NCBI GenBank assembly: GCA_036500545.1
Contig: DASYBV010000032.1
Coordinates: forward strand, 45,721 to 109,720
Length of the DNA: 64,000 bases
Direction of reading: 5' to 3'
DNA from: Puia sp.
GTDB taxonomy: Bacteria > Bacteroidota > Bacteroidia > Chitinophagales > Chitinophagaceae
The translations under genes and the position numbers were made by a program. Positions within the stretch are counted from its first letter, which is position 1. Every line of letters starts with the position of its first letter. Shown here piece after piece: positions 56,458 to 64,000 of the stretch. The notes below the pieces were generated by a model that worked only from the letters and a program-made list of their open reading frames with translations, searched no databases and was not told where the DNA came from.

Positions 56458-57183
56458 CTAAAACACCCGTTGCTGGATCCTTTTCATAAAGGATTCCCGG
56501 AACTTCTCGCTGATCGGGATCTGTTTGCTGCCGATAAAGACATGGTTGTCGCGGATCGAATCCAGCCGTGCGATATTGATGATATAAGAATTGTGTACCC
56601 GGGCAAAGGACAGCGACAGTTGCTCTTCGATATCCTTTAACCGGCGGTAGACCAGCAGCTTTTGTGTGGGGGTCACCAGCCTTGCATATTCCTTTTCTCC
56701 TTCGAAATACAGGATGTCCTTCAGCAGGATCTTATGCAGCATGCGGCCGGACTTGATAAAGAAATATTCTTCTTCGGATGCGACGATGGCGGAAGGGGTA
56801 TCGCCGGCCAGTTGTTTTTCGGGACGGTCGAAAAAAGCTTCGATCTTTTGCAGGGCCGTATAGAAGCGTTTGAGCGTGATCGGTTTTAACAGGTAGTCGA
56901 TCGTGGGGTAGGTATAGCTGTCGGCGGCAAATTCGGAATAGGCGGTCGTAAAGACGATCCTTGTACCGGGGGGCAGCAAGGCCGCCATTTCCATACCCGA
57001 AAGACGCGGCATATTGATGTCGAGGAAGACCAGGTCTACCGGGTTGCTTTTTAAAAAGGCAAGGGCTTCGACGGCATCATAACACTTTGCAGGCATGTCC
57101 CAGCCGGTATGCTGGCGGATGAACATTTCCAATAGATTGACCGCATTGGGCTCATCATCGACGATCAGGCAACGTAGGTTCAT
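56458..57183 (-). CDS. LytR/AlgR (LytTR) family response regulator
   Basis: 241-aa ORF. The REC domain has LIVDDEP...FLDINMPRLSG...LKP and the C-terminal LytTR domain has ILYFEGEKEYARLVT...VHNSYIIN. Confidence 0.88.
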   Translation of the reverse strand: MNLRCLIVDDEPNAVNLLEMFIRQHTGWDMPAKCYDAVEALAFLKSNPVDLVFLDINMPRLSGMEMAALLPPGTRIVFTTAYSEFAADSYTYPTIDYLLKPITLKRFYTALQKIEAFFDRPEKQLAGDTPSAIVASEEEYFFIKSGRMLHKILLKDILYFEGEKEYARLVTPTQKLLVYRRLKDIEEQLSLSFARVHNSYIINIARLDSIRDNHVFIGSKQIPISEKFRESFMKRIQQRVF

Positions 57184-58199
57184 GGCAGCGGAATTTTTAA
57201 ATAGGCTTGAAAAAAAGAACCCGTCCGGGCGGTATGCAATTCGAAGCGGTCCCCGAATAACAAGGTAAGGCGTTTTTCCAGGTTTTTTAGCCCAAATCCT
57301 TCCTTGGCGGGCCCCACCGGGATATCCTGCAGGGAGTTCTCCGTTTGAAAGATAAGGGTCCCGTCTTTTTGCACAAGGGAAAGATGGATCTGGTTGTCGG
57401 CCGCGGATCGGTCGATCCCATGTTTGAAGATATTCTCCACAAAGGTCATCAGCAGCATCGGGGGGACCGTGGGTTCTCCTTCATATTCTTTATGGAACGC
57501 CACCTTCACCCCATGACGGATCCGTATCTTTTCCAGGGCGATATAATTCTCCAGGAATTGGATCTCGGCCGTCAGCAACACTCTTTCTTTCGGGCTCTCC
57601 TCCACGAAATAACGCATGATATCGGAAAGACGGCCGATGAGCAGGGCGGTACGCGGCGCCTCCCGAAAGGCCTCGTAGTAAATATTATTTAGCGTGTTGA
57701 AAAGAAAATGCGGCTGCACCTGCGATTTCAGGAGGTTCAGCTCCGCCAGGCTTTTCTGTTCCTGCATCTGTTCGGCCTGCTGTTTCAGCCGGAAATAGGC
57801 GATGGCGATCCGAAAAACGAAGCTGAGAATATATACCACCACACCCGTCACCGATATATAGACCGCCATGGCGGCGGTAAATGCCTCGGGCTTTTCCGCG
57901 AAATACCGGTTATAGATCCAGATCCCCAGAAAGGTCCGGGCAAGCCCTACCCCGGTCAGGAACAGGGCCGTAACGACCACATACAAGGCGATCCGGCCTT
58001 TTTCGTACAGCCGGGGAAAAAGAAAGCTGATATTACCATAGATGATGATCGCATAAAAGAAGGTGCTGATCATCGTATAAATGATCGCCTGCCGGAAGCC
58101 ATCCTCCGCCATTACGGAAAGAAGATTGATCAGGAAGACAAACACCCATACCATCAGCTGGAGTTGAAGGGGCGTTGCTTTCCGGGTAAAAATGGTCAT
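57180..58199 (-). CDS. LytS/YehU-type sensor histidine kinase (His_kinase PF06580-like)
   Basis: It has TM helices, then LKSQVQPHFLFNTLNNIY and an ATPase-like C-terminus. The start is uncertain: the track ORF extends to 58412, but the Met at 58199 precedes the first TM helix. A 4-nt overlap links it to the downstream regulator. Confidence 0.75.
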   Translation of the reverse strand: MTIFTRKATPLQLQLMVWVFVFLINLLSVMAEDGFRQAIIYTMISTFFYAIIIYGNISFLFPRLYEKGRIALYVVVTALFLTGVGLARTFLGIWIYNRYFAEKPEAFTAAMAVYISVTGVVVYILSFVFRIAIAYFRLKQQAEQMQEQKSLAELNLLKSQVQPHFLFNTLNNIYYEAFREAPRTALLIGRLSDIMRYFVEESPKERVLLTAEIQFLENYIALEKIRIRHGVKVAFHKEYEGEPTVPPMLLMTFVENIFKHGIDRSAADNQIHLSLVQKDGTLIFQTENSLQDIPVGPAKEGFGLKNLEKRLTLLFGDRFELHTARTGSFFQAYLKIPLP

Positions 58200-58562
58200 G
58201 ACCAAAACTACGAAGCTTTTGGCGGGGCCGTTTTTCTTTTCAATGACCGGCGGCGGTCCTTCAATCTTTCCCCGGATCATAGCAAATGGCCCTTTTTTTA
58301 TCAAAAAGACCCGAATTCTATGATCCAGATTATAAATAATATTTAATTCGCGGGGGGTGTTTCTGCGAGAATCGTAAAGTTTCACATCTGGTCTTTTGCC
58401 ATATTTATTCATAATTACTTAATAATCAAAGTTATATCGGCATAGATACATTGAATTATAATTATACAAATATGTTCGTGCATCTATTTTTTACAAAATC
58501 TTTATACCTTTATCCTGCCATCAGATATATTATTTTTTCGTTAATGTGAAAATACTGAGACC

Positions 58563-59951
58563 ATGTCCAAACTTACTCCAAAGCGTTTTTTACCCTTCTT
58601 TTTCCTGATCGTCGTGGCAGTCGGCGCCATTTTTGTCCCCAGCCTGCCCGCCACCTTCGATGAGAGTAAATACAGCCCCGCCGATATCACCTGGCTGCTG
58701 GTGGCGACCGCCCTGGTATTCCTGATGACCCCGGCGCTGGCTTTTTTCTACGGAGGAATGGTAAACCGCAAGAATGTGCTTTCGACGATGATGAAAAGCG
58801 TGGTAGCCGCAGGAGTGGTTGGCGTATTATGGATCGTGGTAGGATATAGTCTTTGTTTTGGCGACGACATCCACGGGCTGATCGGCAACCCGATGACCCA
58901 TTTCTTTTATAAGGGGGTCATGAGTGGCGCTCCCTGGGGCCCGGCGCCCACTATCCCGAAGTCGCTGTTCTCCATGTTCCAGCTGATGTTTGCCATTATT
59001 ACCCCGGGGCTGGTGGTAGGCGCTATCGCCGAACGGATGCGTTTTTCCGCCTATGTGCTCTTCACGGTCCTGTTCAGCCTCCTCGTCTATGCGCCCCTGG
59101 CACACTGGAGCTGGCATCCCGATGGCTTCCTGGCCAGGATGGGCGCCCTGGATTTTGCCGGTGGTACCGTCGTACATATTTCTGCCGGCTGTGCCGCCCT
59201 CGCCGGGGCCCTGGTGCTCAAACGCCGTAAATCGCATATCGACCGCATAGAAATGCATCCCGCCAATATCCCCTATGTCCTCATCGGCACCGGGCTGCTT
59301 TGGTTTGGCTGGTTTGGCTTCAACGCCGGCTCCGCCTTTGGCGCCAACTCGCTCGCCGTATCCGCGTTCTCGACGACCAACACGGCCGCCGCCGCCGCCG
59401 GTCTGTCCTGGATGTTCTTCGATGTGCTGAGGGGTAAAAAGCCTTCGGTAGTAGGCTTCTGTGTAGGCGCCGTGGTTGGACTGGTGGCCATCACACCCGC
59501 CGCCGGTTATGTGGCCGTCCCCCAAAGCATCTTTATCGGGGTAATAGCCGCCATTATTTCCAATATGGCCGTACATTTTAAGGCTACAAAAACGGTACTC
59601 GACGATACCCTCGACGTTTTCCCCTGCCATGGCATCGGCGGCATGGTCGGCATGCTGATGACGGGTCTCTTTGCAACCGTGGCGGTCAATAAGGCCGGCG
59701 GCGCCAACGGTCTGTTCTATGGCAACTCTTCTTTTTTCTTTATCCAGTTAAAGGCCATGGCCTGCGCCGTCGGATATAGCTTTGTCGTCAGCTTCCTGAT
59801 CTTTAAATTCGTCAACTTCATCGTACCCCTGCGGGTCAGCCATGAAGAAGAGGCAGAAGGCCTGGATGCCAGCCAGCATGATGAAAAATACATGCAGGGC
59901 ACGCTGCTGGTCGCCACCCCCGACGGGCTGAAGGAACAGGAGATCCTCTAA
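58563..59951 (+). CDS. amt: Ammonium transporter (Amt family)
   Basis: 462-aa ORF with FFYGGMV, DFAGGTVVHISAG, LLWFGWFGFNAGS and DDTLDVFPCHGIGG. Confidence 0.92.
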   Translation: MSKLTPKRFLPFFFLIVVAVGAIFVPSLPATFDESKYSPADITWLLVATALVFLMTPALAFFYGGMVNRKNVLSTMMKSVVAAGVVGVLWIVVGYSLCFGDDIHGLIGNPMTHFFYKGVMSGAPWGPAPTIPKSLFSMFQLMFAIITPGLVVGAIAERMRFSAYVLFTVLFSLLVYAPLAHWSWHPDGFLARMGALDFAGGTVVHISAGCAALAGALVLKRRKSHIDRIEMHPANIPYVLIGTGLLWFGWFGFNAGSAFGANSLAVSAFSTTNTAAAAAGLSWMFFDVLRGKKPSVVGFCVGAVVGLVAITPAAGYVAVPQSIFIGVIAAIISNMAVHFKATKTVLDDTLDVFPCHGIGGMVGMLMTGLFATVAVNKAGGANGLFYGNSSFFFIQLKAMACAVGYSFVVSFLIFKFVNFIVPLRVSHEEEAEGLDASQHDEKYMQGTLLVATPDGLKEQEIL

Positions 59952-59961
59952 CATATCTACC

Positions 59962-60618
59962 ATGCATACCGCGGAAATATGGGTGATCGGCGGTGAGACA
60001 CCGTTACATACGCTGTTGATGTCGGAAGGCTATACCGTTTGGATAGACGCTCCCTGTCCCGCCGCCCCCCGTCTGATCATCATCGATCCGGAAGGAGTGG
60101 TAGACAAGACGGACGGGCTATTGAAAAGACTACGGGACGACCACCGGGCCCCCATCATCGTCCTCTCCCACCGCAATGAGGAGGAAGACATCATAGCGAC
60201 CCTGGACGACGGCGCCGACGACTATCTTGTAAAACCCTTCCGCCCCGGTGAGCTGCTGGCGCGGATCCGCGCCGCCTTACGCAGCGCCGTCCTAAGCGAA
60301 CCCGGGGAGGCCCCCGTTATCCGCTCGGGCAGCCTGGAGATCGACCTGTCCACCCGGACGGTGAAAAAGAACAACGAATGGGTAAAGCTGACGGCAACCC
60401 AATATTCCCTGCTGGCGCTGTTTGGCAGAAATGCCGGTAAGGTCCTCACCCATCACTACCTGCTCCACGAGGTCTGGGGCTCCGATTATACCGGCGAATT
60501 ACAATACCTCCGCGTTTTTATCGGGCAGTTACGAAAGAAGATCGAACGTGACATCCATTCCCCCGAACATATCATTACGGAATCCGGTGTGGGGTATCGC
60601 TTTGCCCGGGGAGAATAA
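59962..60618 (+). CDS. OmpR/KdpE-like response regulator with degenerate receiver acidic pocket
   Basis: 218-aa ORF. The receiver reads IWVIGGE in place of the usual xxVDDE, while RLIIID, VLSH and VKPF are kept. The winged helix has LTATQYSLLALF...LRVFIGQLRKKIE...GVGYRF. Confidence 0.7.
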   Translation: MHTAEIWVIGGETPLHTLLMSEGYTVWIDAPCPAAPRLIIIDPEGVVDKTDGLLKRLRDDHRAPIIVLSHRNEEEDIIATLDDGADDYLVKPFRPGELLARIRAALRSAVLSEPGEAPVIRSGSLEIDLSTRTVKKNNEWVKLTATQYSLLALFGRNAGKVLTHHYLLHEVWGSDYTGELQYLRVFIGQLRKKIERDIHSPEHIITESGVGYRFARGE

Positions 60619-60652
60619 ACTGATTATCTTTGCGGGGTCATTCTCCTACTAT

Positions 60653-61300
60653 ATGATTACACCAGCAGTACTCGAAGACGCAAAGAAATTGTGGGACTAT
60701 CATCACCTCCACCATACGCCTGTCCCTTCCGACTGTATCCTGGTATTGGGAAGCCATGACCTGCGCGTAGCAGACAGGGGCGCGGAGCTATACCTCCAGG
60801 GACTGGCGCCCATCCTGATCTTCTCCGGGGGACTGGGTAATGTGACACGGGGCATCTGGAAAGACCCCGAGGCGGACCGGTTCGCAAGGATCGCACTGGA
60901 TAAGGGGGTCCCCGCAGAAGCGATCTTTATCGAGAACGCCTCCACCAACACCGGAGAGAATATCCTTTTCACCCAGCAATTGCTACAGGAGAAAGGCCTC
61001 CATCCCCAAACCTTCCTCCTCGTGCAAAAACCCTATATGGAGCGGAGAAGCTATGCCACCTTCAAAAAACACTGGCCCGACAAAGAGCTGATCGTCACCT
61101 CTCCCCTGCTCTCTTTCGAGGACTACCCGACAAAAGAGATCCCCCTCGAAAAAGTGATCCATATTATGGTGGGCGATCTCCAACGCATCCGGATCTACCC
61201 GGCCAAAGGATTCCAGATCCCCCAGGATATCCCCGACGACGTCTGGGAGGCGTACCAACGCCTTGTGACAGCAGGATTCAACAAGCATCTGGCCGCATGA
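60653..61300 (+). CDS. YdcF/DUF218 (ElyC/SanA-like) family protein
   Basis: Start chosen at MITPAVLEDAKK. It has CILVLGSHDLRVADRGAELY, IFSGG, ENASTNTGEN and LVQKPYMERR. Confidence 0.7.
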   Translation: MITPAVLEDAKKLWDYHHLHHTPVPSDCILVLGSHDLRVADRGAELYLQGLAPILIFSGGLGNVTRGIWKDPEADRFARIALDKGVPAEAIFIENASTNTGENILFTQQLLQEKGLHPQTFLLVQKPYMERRSYATFKKHWPDKELIVTSPLLSFEDYPTKEIPLEKVIHIMVGDLQRIRIYPAKGFQIPQDIPDDVWEAYQRLVTAGFNKHLAA

Positions 61301-61351
61301 ACGTAGAATAATGAATTTTACGGTAAATTTACTTACCAGAGCCCAACAACC

Positions 61352-62317
61352 ATGACCAGACCCCTCCTGCTTGCACTGCTCGTTCTATCGACCTGCTCCG
61401 CATCTTTTTGCCAGAAGATCGAGCGCTATTATACCTTCAATTGGCATGATACCACCGCCAGCAATGCCCGTTTCTATAGCCTGACCGAAAAGACGGACTC
61501 CACCTGGCATCGCCGGGATTATTACCTGCACAGCCTTTTTCTCCAGATGGAAGGCTTTTATGAAGACAGCGCCTGTAAGATCTCCTCCGGCCCCTTCCAT
61601 TTCTGGCATCCCAACCGCGTACCCGAATCCATCGGCGTATATCGGAAAGGGAAAAAACAAGGTCTGTGGCTACGCTTTTACAGCAACGGAATGATGAGTG
61701 ATTCCACGGTGTATAATGAAGAAGGCAATTCCACCGGCATTCGTCAAAGCTGGTACCGCAACGGCTATTCCCGCGACTCCGCCATCCACAATCCCGATGG
61801 CAGCGGGACCGAAGTAGCCTGGTTCGATAATGGCAATCCCGCCGCCGCCGGCCGCTATGGCGTAGGGGGTAAGCCCTTTGGTAAATGGCAATACTTTTAC
61901 CACAACGGCGGGACCAGCGCCCTCGAGACCTATGACCGTGACGGCAAGCTCCAGGATAAACAATATTTTGATGAAAAAGGAACGCCCATGACAGATACGA
62001 CGACAAAGAACCGGGAGGCGGAATTTCCCGGCGGTATCAAAGCCTGGAGCAAATACCTGAGCAAGGCGCTGTACTTCCCCGATGGCTATAAATTCAACAA
62101 CGGCGATCAGGCCGCCGTGGTCATAGATGCCACGGTCAACGAGGAGGGAAAGATCGTCGATGCGGAAGTTGCGGTCCCCTTCTATCCCGCCTTTGATAAA
62201 ATAGCGATGGAAGCCGTCCAAAGGTCCCCCCGCTGGATACCCGCTTTCGAACATAACCGCCCGATAAGATATACGATCCGGCAACCGGTTGTATTTCGCA
62301 TCCCGGAAGAAGACTAA
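61352..62317 (+). CDS. MORN-variant (YwqK-like) repeat protein with C-terminal TonB_C domain
   Basis: 321-aa ORF with a signal peptide. It has repeated GxW/YxNG units (GLWLRFYSNG, SWYRNG, AWFDNG, GKWQYFYHNG), then EAEFPGGIKAWSKYL...RWIPAFEHNRPI. Confidence 0.65.
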   Translation: MTRPLLLALLVLSTCSASFCQKIERYYTFNWHDTTASNARFYSLTEKTDSTWHRRDYYLHSLFLQMEGFYEDSACKISSGPFHFWHPNRVPESIGVYRKGKKQGLWLRFYSNGMMSDSTVYNEEGNSTGIRQSWYRNGYSRDSAIHNPDGSGTEVAWFDNGNPAAAGRYGVGGKPFGKWQYFYHNGGTSALETYDRDGKLQDKQYFDEKGTPMTDTTTKNREAEFPGGIKAWSKYLSKALYFPDGYKFNNGDQAAVVIDATVNEEGKIVDAEVAVPFYPAFDKIAMEAVQRSPRWIPAFEHNRPIRYTIRQPVVFRIPEED

Positions 62318-62422
62318 AAATCATGAAAATGAACCGAAACCTGGTAATGGCCATCCTGATCCCACGCTGGGAATAATAATTGCTTTTATGACCGGTATCC
62401 GGACATCATAAAATCAATCAGT

Positions 62423-63358
62423 ATGGAAAAGACAAATAAATCCCGGGCCGTAAAATTTGATACCTACGGCGGGATCGACGTGCTCAATGTCGTCGAGATC
62501 GACAGACCCGTGCCGGGCAAAAAGCAGGTGCTTGTCAGGGTCAGGGCGGCCGGTATCAACCCGGGCGAGGGGTCTATCCGGGAAGGCAAACTGGCCAAAA
62601 AATTTCCCGCCACCTTTCCCTCAGGAGAAGGCAGCGATCTCGCCGGTACGGTGGAGGCGGTCGGAGAAGGAGTAAATAATATACATATCGGTGATGAGAT
62701 CATCGGCTTTAGCGATCGGCGGGATAGCCATGCAGACTTTGTGATCGTAGAGGCCGATCACCTGGTCCCCCGTCCGGCCAAAGTGCCGTGGGAGCAGGCG
62801 GGTGCTTTATTCGTTGTGGGGACGACGGCTTATGCGGCTGTAAAAGCCGTTGGCGTAAAAGCCGGGGATACGGTGGTGGTGTCCGCCGCCGCGGGAGGAG
62901 TCGGTTCGGTTGCGGTGCAATTAGCCAAAAATGCGGGCGCAAAGGTCATTGGTCTCGCCGGCAAGGCCAATCATAAATGGCTGACCGATCATGGCATCAT
63001 CCCCGTCGCCTATGGAGAAGGCATAGCCGATCGGATCCGGGAAGCATCCGGTGGCAAGATCGACGCCTTTATCGATACACATGGAGGGGGCTATGTCGAA
63101 CTGGCGATCCAATTAGGGGTTGCTCCCGAACGGATCGACACCATCATCGATTTTGCAGCGGCCAAAAAACATGGCGTTAAAACAGACGGCAACCAGGAGG
63201 GGGCGAAAGCCGCGGTCCTGTCGGAACTGGCCGAACAGATCGCAACGGGTCGCCTGGAGATCCCCATCGCCAACGTATACGACCTGGCACATGTTCGCGA
63301 TGCCTATCGGGAATTGGAAAAGAACCATACCCGTGGAAAGATCGTACTGGTGCCCTGA
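62423..63358 (+). CDS. NADP-dependent MDR-family (quinone oxidoreductase-like) oxidoreductase
   Basis: 311-aa ORF with VRVRAAGINPGE, VVVSAAAGGVGSVAVQLAK and TRGKIVLV. Confidence 0.85.
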   Translation: MEKTNKSRAVKFDTYGGIDVLNVVEIDRPVPGKKQVLVRVRAAGINPGEGSIREGKLAKKFPATFPSGEGSDLAGTVEAVGEGVNNIHIGDEIIGFSDRRDSHADFVIVEADHLVPRPAKVPWEQAGALFVVGTTAYAAVKAVGVKAGDTVVVSAAAGGVGSVAVQLAKNAGAKVIGLAGKANHKWLTDHGIIPVAYGEGIADRIREASGGKIDAFIDTHGGGYVELAIQLGVAPERIDTIIDFAAAKKHGVKTDGNQEGAKAAVLSELAEQIATGRLEIPIANVYDLAHVRDAYRELEKNHTRGKIVLVP

Positions 63359-63426
63359 TGCCGTTGAGCGGAAACATTCATCAGGACCGGTTCAGCAGGA
63401 GCGGATCATTTGGCGGCCCGACCGGA

Positions 63427-64000
63427 TCATTTGGCAGCCAGCTTCTTTTCATAAGCCTTTTGCAGATCGTCGATCGCCGAATCATACCCGGCCTGGTCGA
63501 TAAAGGCTTCGGGGCGATAGCCGTCACCTGGATGGCGTTTGGTAAGAAGCCCGAACTGGCTGACATGGGAGGCAAGCCAGATATCAAAGTGGATCTTCTT
63601 CATGGCACTAAGCGTATAGGCATAGTCTTTCCCGACGTCCGGGTAGGTCGGCATACCCGACAATTTTGTTTCATCGAGAATGGTAGGCATATTGGCGATC
63701 AAGACGCGATAGGTCCTGTGCCCGTCCTTTACGTCGAATAAAAAACTACAGGCGCCCTTGGTATGACCCGGGTGGTGCAATACCCGGATCCTCATGCCGC
63801 CCAACGCTACGGTATCTCCGTCATGAAGCAGACGATCCGCCTTAACGGGCGCGAACATGCTGCCCTTTCCACCGAACACATAATCCGAGTTGCCGCCATC
63901 GGCCAGCACCGGCGCATCCTTCGCATGGATCATCATTTTGGCTCCGGTCATTTTCTTTATCGCCGCCATGGCGCCGACATGGTCATAATGTGCGTGGGTT
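63427..64000 (-). CDS. Metallo-beta-lactamase fold protein, subclass B3-like; N-terminus outside the window
   Basis: The track ORF starts at an internal Met. Reading on to the window edge gives THAHYDHVGA (HxHxDH), then VLHHPGHTKGACSF. The gene continues beyond 64000. Confidence 0.7.
   Translation of the reverse strand, partial: THAHYDHVGAMAAIKKMTGAKMMIHAKDAPVLADGGNSDYVFGGKGSMFAPVKADRLLHDGDTVALGGMRIRVLHHPGHTKGACSFLFDVKDGHRTYRVLIANMPTILDETKLSGMPTYPDVGKDYAYTLSAMKKIHFDIWLASHVSQFGLLTKRHPGDGYRPEAFIDQAGYDSAIDDLQKAYEKKLAAK

Noticed and set aside
60422-60652. N-terminal extension of the YdcF ORF overlapping the response-regulator gene. Similar upstream extensions occur at 54253, 58412, 50583, 47985, 36453 and 24473.
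   Set aside because: The extensions overlap neighbouring genes or promoter regions and add non-homologous-looking residues. Internal Met codons give proteins that begin where the family normally begins.
62325-62375. 16-codon ORF MKMNRNLVMAILIPRWE in the spacer before the MDR oxidoreductase gene
   Set aside because: It has no SD, no promoter box and no terminator, so it cannot be told apart from chance.
1-64000. Scan for tRNA, rRNA, riboswitch-like leaders and CRISPR arrays
   Set aside because: By eye I found no cloverleaf-like GC-rich segments of about 75 nt, no rRNA-like stretches and no regularly spaced identical repeats in non-coding DNA. A covariance-model scan (tRNAscan-SE, Infernal/Rfam) would be needed to be sure.

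Overview
This is a 64-kb chromosomal segment that looks like Bacteroidota, probably Chitinophagia-like. The basis is a SusC/SusD pair, a T9SS C-terminal sorting domain, TAnnTTTG-type promoter boxes, and GC of roughly 57-62% by spot counts. I saw no rRNA, tRNA, CRISPR array, transposase or integrase. Layout: (1) 1-15.7 kb holds the distal part of a minus-strand polysaccharide utilisation locus (SDR, SusC, SusD, 2x GH2, beta-helix protein, GH115-like, GH88). It is followed by a 411-bp control region with three LacI-type operator-like sites and two convergent LacI paralogs. (2) 18-27.6 kb holds a class-A-like serine hydrolase, a tandem DUF3857/transglutaminase pair, and a 1040-aa FG-GAP/IPT T9SS surface protein with an 11-proline tract. 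(3) 27.6-36.3 kb holds phosphoketolase plus acetate kinase, a PAP2/haloperoxidase-like protein, an atypical SDR, an AraC regulator and an esterase-SMP30 fusion. (4) 36.5-40.8 kb holds a thioredoxin-fold protein, a hybrid histidine kinase and a DHA2 MFS transporter, followed by a small stand-alone promoter/SD/15-codon/terminator unit. (5) 41-45.7 kb holds an aldo-keto reductase, a collagen-like lipoprotein and a GH31. (6) 45.7-50.5 kb is the most interesting part. It is an AT-richer, tightly packed six-gene minus-strand operon: nrtR, Nampt-like, unknown 139-aa protein, Tpt1/KptA, PPP metallophosphoesterase, Prs-like. It joins NAD+ salvage genes to an NAD+-consuming RNA 2'-phosphotransferase and has a palindrome over the predicted promoter. 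(7) 50.6-64 kb holds PAP2 phosphatase, ppk1, GlxA-type regulator, acyltransferase-3, LytS/LytTR pair, an ammonium transporter followed by an atypical KdpE-like regulator, YdcF, a MORN/TonB_C protein, an MDR oxidoreductase and a truncated B3-like metallo-beta-lactamase. All product calls rest on motif recognition by eye. No searches were run.
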